Origin: Balanoglossus misakiensis
Taxonomy: Eukaryota; Animalia; Hemichordata
NCBI GenBank assembly: GCA_040954595.2
Contig: CM082591.2
Location: forward strand, 7,926,047-7,990,046
Direction: 5' to 3'
Length of the DNA stretch: 64,000 bases
The position numbers and the translations under genes are program-made. Shown here in pieces: positions 24,050 through 36,400 of the stretch (position 1 is the stretch's first letter; the number at the start of each line of letters is the position of its first letter). The notes below the pieces were generated by a model. That model worked only from the letters and a program-made list of their open reading frames with translations. It did not search any database and was not told the origin of the DNA.

Positions 24050-25035
24050 CTAGCACATGGATGTGTTTGAATGAGGCATTTTTGAAAGCCTTTGAATTTT
24101 ATAACATGGAAAATCCTGAAGGAGAAAAAATATCTGGATGGAAACTTGATCTAACCAATGAAGAAATCCTAGAATCTCAATTGCTCATGCTTTGTGCATG
24201 AATGTAAAGCATGATTAGCACATGGATGTGTTTGAATGAGGCATTTTTGAAAGCCTTTGAATTTTATAACATGGAAAATCCAGAAGAAAAACAAAATATC
24301 TGGATGGAAACTTGATCTAACCAATGAAGAAATCCTAGAATCTCAGTTGCTCATGCTTTGTGCATAAATTTAAAGCATGATTAGCACATGGATGTGTTTG
24401 AATGAGGCATTTTTGAAAGCCTTTGAATTTTATAACATGGAAAATCCTGAAGGAGAAAAAATATCTGGATGGAAACTTGATCTAACCAATGAAGAAATCA
24501 TAGAATCTCAGTTGCTCATGCTTTGTGCATGAATGTAAAGCATGATTAGCACATGGATGTGTTTGAATGAGGCATTTTTGAAAGCCTTTGAATTTTATAA
24601 CGTGGAAAATCCTGAAGAAAAAAAAGATATCTGGATGGAAACTTGATCTAACCAATGAAGAAATCATAGAATCTCAGTTGCTCATGCTTTGTGCATGAAT
24701 GTAAGCATGATTAGCACATGGATGTGTTTGAATGAGGCATTTTTGAAAGCTTTTGAATTTTATAACATGGAAAATCCTGAAGGAGAAAAAATATCTGGAT
24801 GGAAACTTCATCTAACCAATGAAGAAATCCTAGAATCTCAGTTGCTCATGCTTTGTGCATGAATGTAAAGCATGATTAGCACATGGATGTGTTTGAATGA
24901 GGCATTTTTGAAAGCCTTTGAATTTAATAACATGGAAAATCCTGAAGAAAAACAAATATCTGGATGGAAACTTGATCTAACCAATGAAGAAATCCTAGAA
25001 TCTCAGTTGCTCATGCTTTGTGCATGAATGTAAGC
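24050..25035. repeat. ~165-bp tandem repeat, ~6 copies
   Basis: tagcacatggatgtgtttgaatgaggc unit. Confidence 0.95.
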
Positions 25036-26635
25036 GTGATCAAACACACAGGTATTGATTTTATCACATTCTCATTTATTTCAGTTTATTTACTTTGGCC
25101 CTACATGTAGATATATGTTGCCAAGAAAACTGACTTGCATAGTAGTTGTGACACACAAACACATCACCCAACACGTTCACTAATATAGTAAAAATTCTAT
25201 ATTACAACCGATGGGGTTACAGACTTGCAAAACTTTTTAAAATATGTTCTACAATCATGGGATAGTTTTTCCACAAGTTCTTGCATCAAGTTCAATAGTA
25301 ACACGACTCTCGACTATTGATAAAGTCAATGCCATATACAGATGTATACTCCCACAATTATGCATTCAAGTACATCTTAAATTTAAACAAATGTATAATA
25401 CAGCAAATACAAACAGACAGTGTAATTATTTACAATACAAATTAAAAAAACTACCGGCCTCTAAGTTTACTCCCCATAACAATGCCACTATAGTTGTCTA
25501 CTCAAGTAACTTAACTGTTCTTCACAAGAAAACAAAACAATATACAGAATCAAAAAATTTGCGCAAAAGTCATCGCTAGCCAAGCGTAGGAGGACTTCCC
25601 TCAAAACGTACACTTTGTACAGCTCTGGGCAACAGTTGGCCCAGTCGGCCTGATAGCAAAAATGATCATAGCGCCCCCTGTCGGCAGTATTTAAGTGTGC
25701 CTTTGAACCAAGAATACTTTATCTTTTCGTAAAGTAGTTGACTTTCAGCCAGTACAGCAAATTTTTACTTTTTGAAATCCGGTGAAACAAAATAAAAATA
25801 GTCGACATTCTTTACATATCTCATAAAAACTGCAAAGTCATTCTGCAGCGTTGTAGTCTCATGTCAGAGTCTCGATCGAGCTAGCTGCAAGTGCGCCCTC
25901 TACACCATTAAAAACAAAATGTAAAAGACTGTCGTTCACATCCCTTGTTCATATATTTTTGAAATAACAACAATTTCGGACTAACGAATGGTAATCTATA
26001 TAAATTACAACGCAATACATATCAGGCGATTTACAGGTAAGTTATTAGAATTATTTTGCACACATAAATTGATGAAACGCCTTCATCCTTTCGGATGCAA
26101 TGGACATCTGATGGAAAGTGGACTGTACATCATAACTTTCAGACAGCTCCATGTCAAAATTCATGAAAAAAACGAGTAAAAATTCTCCAAAACGACTCAG
26201 ATTTGGATTATTTATACTCGTTATATGAAGCGACAGTAGGCTGAAATATTATTTTTCCAAAATGGTCTTTGTAAAGGTGGAAAAAAGAACCCAATTTTTG
26301 ATTGTTTACATGCCAAGTTGACGAAATGCATTCAGTTTCAAACAGTCTTGTCTCAAAATCCCTCAAAATAAGCAGCAAAATTGACTCAAAACACCCTCAG
26401 TTTATTTTGCCTACACTCAGTACATGTAGCGACTGCACGTACAATTAATTTCTGTTCGGAATTTTTCTTCAAAATGTGGAAAATAACTCCAAAAATTGTG
26501 AAAGTGACATTGGTTCAGTTTGAACTCTGTTGCCATGGCGTGCGATCAATCGTAAATTTATTGACGCTGCCTCTAAATTTTCTCCCAAATTTCACTATTT
26601 TTGATGTCGTGTTGACATGTATTTCATGGTGATGT

Positions 26636-27471
26636 TTATGTCTGCTTGTAGAATACTTTGATTTGGTCGCTGAGAGACTCTCCAACAGCAATTCTGTCAC
26701 CGCTGACTGCAAGGACCCAGGGGTATCTCACCTCACCTTCAAATAAGTGACAGATCCACTCTCCATCAAATCTCCATTTCACAATCCTATCATTCCTCCG
26801 ATCGCACACAAACAAATTATCGTCGTCATCGACGTCAATGCTGTGTGGAAGCCACAGCTGACCAGGACCTTTACCCCACACACCAAATTGATACAAGAAT
26901 TTCAATTCAGCATCAAAACACTTGATGCAGTGATTCCAATAGTCAGACACCATGATGACATTCTTACTGTTGACCACCACCGAGAATGGGTAATGGAATT
27001 GTGTTTGGCCACCACCTCGACCACCAACCTCTGCAACATACTGACCATCTTGGGTGTACCTGAGTAGCCGATGACCTTTGACCTCAGTGACCAAAACAAA
27101 TCCATCCAGTAGAGCGATGCCCCAGACATTGGTGCCTTCAGGTAGAGTAATTATTCTAAGAATTTTATTGTTTTGATCACAAACAACAATTTGAGAATTT
27201 CCACCATCACTTATGAAGTAGATGTTGTCATGGGAGACAGCTACATCCCGTGGCTGGAATGGCTTTGCAAACTGACCATAAAAACTTCCTAAGACTTTGT
27301 CACAGGTGTAATCTTGATTCAGTATCTGTACAACCCTGTTGCCTTGGTCACACACCACCAGTTTGTCACCATGGAACACCATACCCAATGTCTCTTTAAA
27401 CTTTCGCCCTCTTTGTTCTTTAAACTTTCGCCCTGGCTTTGGACCATCCAGTGTCCTCACTGACCAGTGAC
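26636..27471 (-). CDS. Terminal exon, copy 2: NHL-repeat beta-propeller
   Basis: 274-aa ORF paralogous to 4662-5468, with NHL motifs. Confidence 0.9.
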
Positions 27472-30400
27472 CTGTTAGGTGAACCAGAGGTCAAAGGTCA
27501 AAAATGCTGTACCCTATTGAATGCATTAGGAATATGCTAGAGTTAGTGTTTTATTGTTCATTTTAACAAGAGAAAGCATATTACAAAAGAAACGAATCAT
27601 TGCTATGGCAACGGAACTACTGAAGGGCAGTTTCTCTACACAATGTTTACAGTGACAAGTAACCATGGCAACCAGACTAACCCCCAGTTTCTTTAACTAT
27701 TTCTATTGCTCTGCAATACCAAGGGAAAATTTACTTTGTCTCTTTATCGACACGTTATTTAAGCAATAAAACACCCCCAGCCATGGTATACCACTCGATT
27801 TTGACCAGTTTAACTCCATATACGCACTCGCTATCGCTCGTGTGTATATGTCGTGAACTGGTCAAAATCGAGTGGTATACCATGGCTGGGGGTGTTTTAT
27901 TGCTTAAATACATGAAAGACTTTTGTTTTTAACCATTCAATAAATATACTAACATTGATGTTGCTATGGTAACACATTTGAGGAAATCAGGTCAAAAATA
28001 ATATTTTTCTTGTAACTTTTGACATCATAGACATTTCATAAAAAATCTTGAACTAAACTTCAGGGATAATTCCTCAGTTCATTATTTTTCTGAACAAATT
28101 TATTATGGTAACATTATTAGCTGGTAACCATGACAACTGAATTTATTTTGCAAAATATGGCATTATGCAAGAGTTAGTGTTTTAATAAAACTTCTTTTAA
28201 CAAGTTGAATTAATGCTTGGACAAATTCTCTGCCAAAGTACTCTATATGTTTGAAGTTTTTCAATACCAAAGAACCATGGTAACATACATGGAACAGATC
28301 AGTAAAACAATGATCATTGTCTTTTAATTTTAAAGATGGTTATGTTGAATATATTGATTTTGATATTTCTTGATAACATGGTTACAATCATTTTGAACCA
28401 CATACACATACACTAGTTAGTGGGTCAGCAAGTTCTTGGTTTGTGTTATAGGTCGGAAAAGAAAAACGCCTTATGAATGAGATGAATATATATTTGTTTC
28501 TTTTTCTAGTCGACCAGAGATGGTCTGCTTTCAAATCAGTAATTATCACATTGGTGAAGAGAGAACAAATCTACTGTCCTCAGCTGAGAAGGCTGCCACT
28601 TTCTGAGACCAAGTGAGTATTTTTGTTGAACAAATGCATGAGAAAATAATCGTTGTAACTTTAACTTCAGAGAATTTACTGATTATGTTGTCCTATAATA
28701 GTGGGCTACTTGAAACGAAAATAGGCTATTGAAAAGGGTAAAATATTTTGAGTAGAAAATCTATGTGAAAGAAGTTTGTTAATCATTGCAGATGATCTGA
28801 GAGATGGAAAACCTGCAGTCACTTAGGATGAGTCATGATAATGGTCTGTCTCAACACCACTGGCTGTTCCAGATTGTCACTTGGATAAAAAAATTGTAAG
28901 TCCCTAAGGGACCGTTCAGTGTTTACAGCCGGGGGGGGGGGGGCTAAATCCAGGGGGGGGTCACTTAAATTGCGAAGTCCAAAAGGGGGGGGGTCATCTG
29001 TTTTTTTTTAACGTTAAGGGGGGTCACATAGTTTTGCCACCAAATTTTTGCTTTTGAGTCCACAAAATTGCAGTTTCGTGCCCTTTATTTTACAAAATTT
29101 TCCCACCCCCTTCATTCTCTGCCACATGTCGTTTTTTGTGGGTTTGTCTAGTGTACCAGGGCAGAGTGCTTGCCGCCCCAACCCCACTTATGATATTATT
29201 TAACAAAGTAAATACATAAAGGAGAATAATCGTTTAAACCATTTCGCATAACTGATAGTTTTGTGCTACATCTTCTATATACTAGGAGTTTTATAAATGA
29301 TGTCATGACGAAGATGACGCCAAATCTTCTAACTTTGAGTGGAGTGGCTAAAAGGAAAATTGGTCCTCCCAAACATTGAGATAATTTGCCTTTGAGTTCA
29401 TTAAAATGCAACTTTGCGCTACATATTTTACAAAATTTTCTTATGTGGGAGGGGGACACCCACCCCCTTCATTCTCCACCACATTGCATTTATTCGCTGG
29501 TTTGTCTAGTGTACCAGGGCAGACTTCTTGCCACCCCACCCGATGCTTACTTTGAGTGGAGTGGCAAAATTAACATTTGTCCTCCCTAACATTGAGTTAA
29601 TTTGCTTTTGAATTCATTAAAATGCAACTTTGAGCACCGTATTTTACAAAATTTTCTTATGTCGGAGGGGGACACCCCCACCCCCTCCCACGCCCACCCC
29701 CCCCCCCCCACTTTTCTTGTTTTACCAATTCTAGCAACTATTGTATTATAGTTTACTATAGTTTAATTACTTTAAGAAATTTATAATTGACGTGTGAGGA
29801 GCCTCATTCCCTTTATTGCATACAGTGTACATAGGATCAGGACGGCGAATGTTTTCGGCGTGGGGGGGGGTCATCATATTTTTGGGTCTGTCAAAGGGGG
29901 GGGGGTCATCATTTTTTTTGTCCTGGGTGAAGGGAGGGGTCGCCCTGATTTTGAAAACCGATAACACAAACTTGCCGCCCCCCCCCCCAGGCCGTATAAA
30001 CTGAACGTCCCTAATTTGAATTACATAATGAACACCTATTGCCTGGCCATGAGGGCCATAGCAGCCGTTTATTACCCCCGAGGGGATGTGAGGGGCGTCT
30101 GCCGGCGTGAAAGGGCACTTCAGGGTTTGAAAGGGCGCACCCCCATGTTTGATTTTGACAAGACCCCTAACTCAGAGTCACAAGGGGTAAAAACGGCTGC
30201 TATGCCTCGAATATAGGCAAGGCCATAGGTGTTTTATATATTGGCATCTACAGCGGTGGCCATTGTGTCAGACGACGCAACGCAGATTGACGTGACCCAA
30301 GTCTGTGAACTCACGTTGGTCACGTGACCAGTATATATTTTTTCTGCTATTTCCCGACGGATTCATAGTTGATTCTATTTTCCTGTCACGCGACGGATTC

Positions 30401-33400
30401 TGGCAAATCCCGACACAGTATTAGCATGAGGTATATTATAATTTGTACTATGAATGCAGTGGGGTAAGCTAAATGTGTATTCCTACAGTGTTTTTAACCC
30501 TTTTACCACCATGGTTTGGTCCAAGTCCATTGTTTTCTATGGTAAATGTGGACCTCTATAGAGGGAACTATGGAGTAAAGGGTTAACATGTGGTCCTTGA
30601 GGAAACACTGAAAGACTATTAGCCACTGATGCTTTACTCTGAACAGATGATTCCAGTGAAATGTGTACTTTTACCACAGGGATTTATTCAGGGAACGTTT
30701 AAGTAAGAATTATATGATATAAACTGAATAAATTTGTTGTCGGTCAACTCTTCTGTCTTTGCCTTACCGATACGGTTCTAACCGGAACACTGAGGCTTCT
30801 CTGCTCATACACTACACATTATAAACAATGGATGATAAAATGCGCCCTCTTTTGGTGAACTCTACCTACCGCCGCGCCTGAGGCATTTAGGCGGTCAGCT
30901 GGAGGAGTCAGGCGGTAGGCAGAGTTCACCAAAAGAGGGCGCATTTTATCATCCATTGTTTATAATGTGTAGTGTATGAGCAGAGAAGCCTCAGTGTTCC
31001 GGTTAGAACCGTATCGGTAAGGCAAAGACAGAAGAGTTGACCGACAACAAATTTATTCAGTTTATATCATATAATTCTTACTTAAACGTTCCCTGAATAA
31101 ATCCCTGTGCTTTTACAGTTAGCCTCAACATTTTCTGAGCATGTCAGGTTTCATTGCCTTACCTTTCTCACGTGTAGTCTGTCTTTCTTTTGACTTTGGT
31201 TCATCTTGTTTGGTTAGGTCTGCAGACCCAGATGCCTCTTCTCTTGTTGTCTCAGGTTGTGTTGGTTTGGTTTTGGCATCCCCAGTTTCTTTTTCTGCAG
31301 TTGTCTCAGGTTGTGGATGTTTGGTTTCCCCCGATCCAGTTTCTTCTTCTCTTCTCATCTCAGGTTGTGTTGGTTTGGTTTTGGCATCCCCAGTTTCTTT
31401 TTCTGCAGTTGTCTCAGGATGTGGATGTTTGGTTTCTCTCAATCCAGTTCCTTCTTCTCTTCTCATCTCAGGTTGTGTTGGTTTGGTTTTGGCATCCCCA
31501 GTTTCTTTTTCTGCAGTTGTCTCTGGTTGTGGATGTTTGGTTTCCCCCGATCCAGTTTCTTCTTCTCTTCTCATCTCAGGTTGTGTTGGTTTGGTTTTGG
31601 CATCCCCAGTTTCTTTTTCTGCAGTTGTCTCAGGTTGTGGATGTTTGGTTTCCCCCGATCCAGTTTCTTCTTCTCTTCTCATCTCAGGTTGTGTTGGTTT
31701 GGTTTTGGCATCCCCAGTTTCTTTTTCTGCAGTTGTCTCTGGTTGTGGATGTTTGGTTTCCCTCAATCCAGTTCCTTCTTCTCTTCTCATCTCAGGTTGT
31801 GTTGGTTTGGTTTTGGCATCCCCAGTTTCTTTTTCTGCAGTTGTCTCAGGATGTGGATGTTTGGTTTCCCCCGATCCAGTTTCTTCTTCTCTTCTCATCT
31901 CAGGTTGTGTTGGTTTGGTTTTGGCATCCCCAGTTTCTTTTTCCTCAGTAGTTTCAGTATCACCAGCTTTAATTCAAAATTGAAATGAGAAGAAACAAAT
32001 TTAATTCCCTTGAGATTGTAATGTTAATAAATATATCTTCTGAAGCCTGATAAAGAGTGTTGAACATTAAACAGAATACCATGGTGACCTCAGTTTGAGG
32101 TAGAAATAAAAAATCAGAAACATTCTCGTATACAGTTAATGATAGTGAAAATTGAAGCAACAAGATAAAATGAAAGCCAATATGGTACATCCTCTGGATT
32201 GTTGTAATCATCAGCATGTCTCATTTACAAGGCTTAATAATAATATGAACCAGCCATTGTTTATGTCACATGTGACCACATCCCAAAGTAAAACTTAAAA
32301 TCAATCTCACCTTGTTCAGTTTTCAATGTGATCTCTTCTCCCAGTTGAAGAGCCACAGCCTTTTTCAGTTGCAGCTCATTATCATATTGCTCATCTTGTT
32401 TTTTTGATAATTTCAACTTGAGTTCAGCAATTATTTGGTCTTTCTGATCAAGTTTGGACTTCAACTCTTGGATGTGTCTAGGGCCTGATTTTTCTAATCT
32501 TTGCTTGAGGGAAATGACATCCAGAAGTTGTGTGAAAGCTACTTTTTCAGTTTTTTCAAGTTTCTGAACACAATCTTTGTACTGCTTTTCTAAGACGAAC
32601 TTTTCCTGAATTGCTTCTTTCAACTGATTCTCTAGAATCGAGTTTTCTGCTCGAAGTTTGAACTTTTCTGCCAAGGTCTCATCCATCTGCTGTTTTAGAG
32701 ATTTCTTATCTGATTTCAAGGACTGCATTTCTTGGAACTGTTTTAGACTAACTTCAAAGGGCAGTAAGCTTTGTGCTTGTGAGCTGATAGATTCATCTGG
32801 AATGGAAAGAACTGGTGTGCCATATTGTATGATTTTTCCCTCCAAATCTGAAATGAAGTAGATTTAATAATTATTATTTAAATGTACATTTAGTAATCTG
32901 CAGATCTGAGTAGATGCTATTGCCAAATATTTTACTTTCACATTATTATTTAACGGATCTGTGAAGTAAATTTCACAATACTATTGACCTTGGTAGGATC
33001 ACAGGGGGCTCTCCCTCTGTGATTTTATTGTTTGTTGTTGTTGTTGTTGTTGACAACAAATACATATTTCTTTATTAATAAATATGGTTTGTTTACATGT
33101 AAGGGTTAGGGTATATTCGACAGGTTAGGGTATATTCAACGGTTAGGATTAGTGTTGGCATTTTTTCGATCCACGGCCCCGGGCATCACTAAGCCATAAA
33201 GAGAGACAAGGGTGGAAACTAGCCCAGTACGGCAAAACCTGAATGTCTCGTATCGAAAGGTTAAATGCGTCATTGAAATTCAAATTGGACCAATCAGATA
33301 GCTTGTTAGTCCTTGCAAGGGGACGTTAAAGCCTCAGTATTTCTCGTAGGGGCAAAATTTTGTTTGAAACGGCATCTATAATTTCTAAAAGTAGATGATA

Positions 33401-36400
33401 ATTGATACTGAATCGAACAGTCATCATCCCCAGCTCTGCTGATAAACTCATACAATTTACAATATAACGAGTGAAGAATGACTTTCTGTCCGGACAGAAA
33501 GTCACGTGAGTCAGGCTAATGTTGACACACGTGACTAGTGCGCATGCGCACTCAAATGTGAATCTATGCGGAAGAGGTTTGGTCGCCCCAAATCAAGCGA
33601 CTCAGCGAAGAAATGCGCACTAATTCGGCGAAATTTTGGGAAGATAACTTTATGGGAGAAATCAGTCGATGGAACCAGATCAAATCCGAAAATGGTCTGA
33701 CCATCAAATGTCAAAGTGGCACGTTTGCTGATCGACATGTACAACATTTCCGTTGTAAACAAACCCGTGCATCATTTCAAGTGTTACGGGCATATATCGC
33801 CGATTTATACATTGAATTACAGGATAGATATAGCAAGTATAGAGTATGTTGTCATTGCAAACGTAATATTTCAATTGTCAGACATTTATTTGTTGTGTTA
33901 TTCTGGATTTGAAAATACGGTGCTGGGACCTGGAAATATGCTAGTTTCCACCCTTGTCTCTCTTTGTGGCTTAGTGATATGTCCGGGGCCGTGGCTTAGT
34001 GATATGTCCGGGGCCGTGGATCGAAAAAAATCCCAACACAAACCCTAACCGTTGAATATACCCTAACCCTTACATGTCAACAAACCATATTTATTAATAA
34101 AGAAATATGTATTTGTTTATTATGCCAATCAACAACAACAAACAAACAAACAATAAAATCGCGGAGGGACAGCCCCCTGTGGTAGGATATGCAGGAAATG
34201 GCTTTGTCAAATTCCATAAATTTTGAATGCTCTACCGTAGTTTAGTATGAATTGATAAAAAAAATTACCGATGGATTAATGGCGATAATTGTTTGTTGTG
34301 ACTTGTGAGTAGTCATTTTTAAAAACAAGGTACAGTTGCAGGGTTTTCGCTAAGCCCCGGCCACCGGCCTTGGCCGGTAGTAGGGTGAATGCGACTACGA
34401 ACGGATAGATTCTAGACTAATTGGCCGGGTACTTGCACTGAACTGGCCGTCTACTTTTCCTTAACCCATTAGGGTTATTTTTATTTTTATACTCTTTCAC
34501 GCTCATAAATAAGGGTTCGTACGCTCCTGGAAACTCCTGGAATTTGAAACCCCTCCTGGAAACTCCTGAAATCTCCTGGAAATTCAAAATTTCTCCTTGA
34601 AACTCCTGGAAAACCGCAAGTCACGATCGCATTTCACTGGGTCGTGAAACAGTACGCGTTGCCCATTTCACTCGGCGCACCAGTTATCTTTAGACAGGCG
34701 TCCTATAAATAGTATCATTGACCTAGTAACGCACAAATTGCAACAACTAACGCAGCTCAGCGTTCCGGTCGCAACAAAATATCTCAAACTTGACAAAAGA
34801 TGTAGCAACTTTTGTTAGAGGTCATGCCATGTATCCGCGCGTCTGCAGAATACTTGTACAGACGGCCGCGGCAGACACCCGTGAGATCGTAGTCTTGGTT
34901 ACCCAGACGCCTTTGCTTCTTCCGATGCTCTCCAGAAAAGGGTCTGGGGAAATGCTATTGAAAGCTTTGTAAAACAAAATGGCCGATGTCAGGATTTTGA
35001 TCATCGCCTGATTGGCTGAGCTGTCTGTATGACCCGGGTCACTGCAATAGTTTTGACAATCGTCTACCAAAGATATTTCATATAATTTCTCCAACAATGC
35101 TAACAGAGGACGCCTTTTGCCTTTTGCATCAACCAACAAGTACTGGTCTCTTGATATGAAGATACGACAAATAATCACACATTGTCGAGAGTCAGTGACC
35201 CGGGTCATACTGACAGCTCAGCCAATCAGGCGATGATCAAAATCCTGACATCGGCCATTTTGTTTTACAAAGCTTTCAATAGCATTTCCCCAGACCCTTT
35301 TCTGGAGAGCATCGGAAGAAGCAAAGGCGTCTGGGTAACCGAGACTAGTGAGATCGATGTTCAGAGCAATTAGTGATGTCAAAAAGAAGCAAAAAAGGCA
35401 GACGTTTTTTGTGTTTTTTTCAGCAGCAGAACAGTAATTTCCATCAGTAATTTGTCGATTTTATCAGGACAGAAATCATTGCTTTAGGGACCGTTCAGTT
35501 TTTACGGCCGAGGGGGGGGGGGGGGGGGGGGGTCAAAGGTCAACATGATTGGGGGTCAAAGGTCAACATGTCCCCGGCCCCGCATAATTGGCCCCCTACT
35601 TTGCCAATATGGCCCTCTACTTCAAATTTTAGTGAAACCCCTGCAGTTGTAAATATTTCTTGTACTATATGGCTGCTTTGTGTATCTTGGTACTGAAAGA
35701 AAGAAATTCTCAGAGTTTCAGTCAAACCTTTGGAGTGTGTAATATGCTTGTCAGACTTGGTGACTAATGTAATAAAAATCACTGTTTATTACCTGATTCA
35801 CTGAAATCAGTCCTTTCTGTGTCAGTCATAAGATACCTTCTAACACCCAGTAACTCTAAGACTTTAGGTCTGTGTGATAGGATATGCTGAACTTTCTTGG
35901 TCATTTTCCCTGATAGTTGTATGATGTCAAACTCTCTTCCTTTCTGTCTTTTACACTGCTCACTGTCAAATATCTGAGGTGCATGTTTGTCTGCTAACTT
36001 CTGAAATTCACATGTTGGATCAATCTCCAGAAATGTCTTGTATATTGTCCCACCTGCAAGACATATATGATGTACAATTCTTAATGATGAAATGTCTCTA
36101 TCTGTGATTAAATGGTCTCTATCAAAGAGGCCTAAAATGGCACATTTGCCCAGAGTAATAGTAGGTTTACGAAACTCAAATGATATAACAACATACATGT
36201 ATGAACATGATGATCAAGTCCAAAATCTTGTACTTACCTCGTTTCAGGTCAATCTGGAAATGATCAGAATGAATTTCCATCTCTGCATCTTGGAAAGCAA
36301 GACATGTTCTTTGATCCTTAATTGGATATAATGGAGATTTAGTATTTATCAGTATTTGGTTGTGAATAATTAGTAATACAGAAAAGCACATTATTGTATT

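Larger units (their letters stand above)
19636..25035 (+). repeat. Segmental duplicate of the GNPTAB-downstream region 59737-64000+
   Basis: Colinear match starting at ttctcctgtttttgttcaggtgaatgactagacg, including both satellites. Confidence 0.9.
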
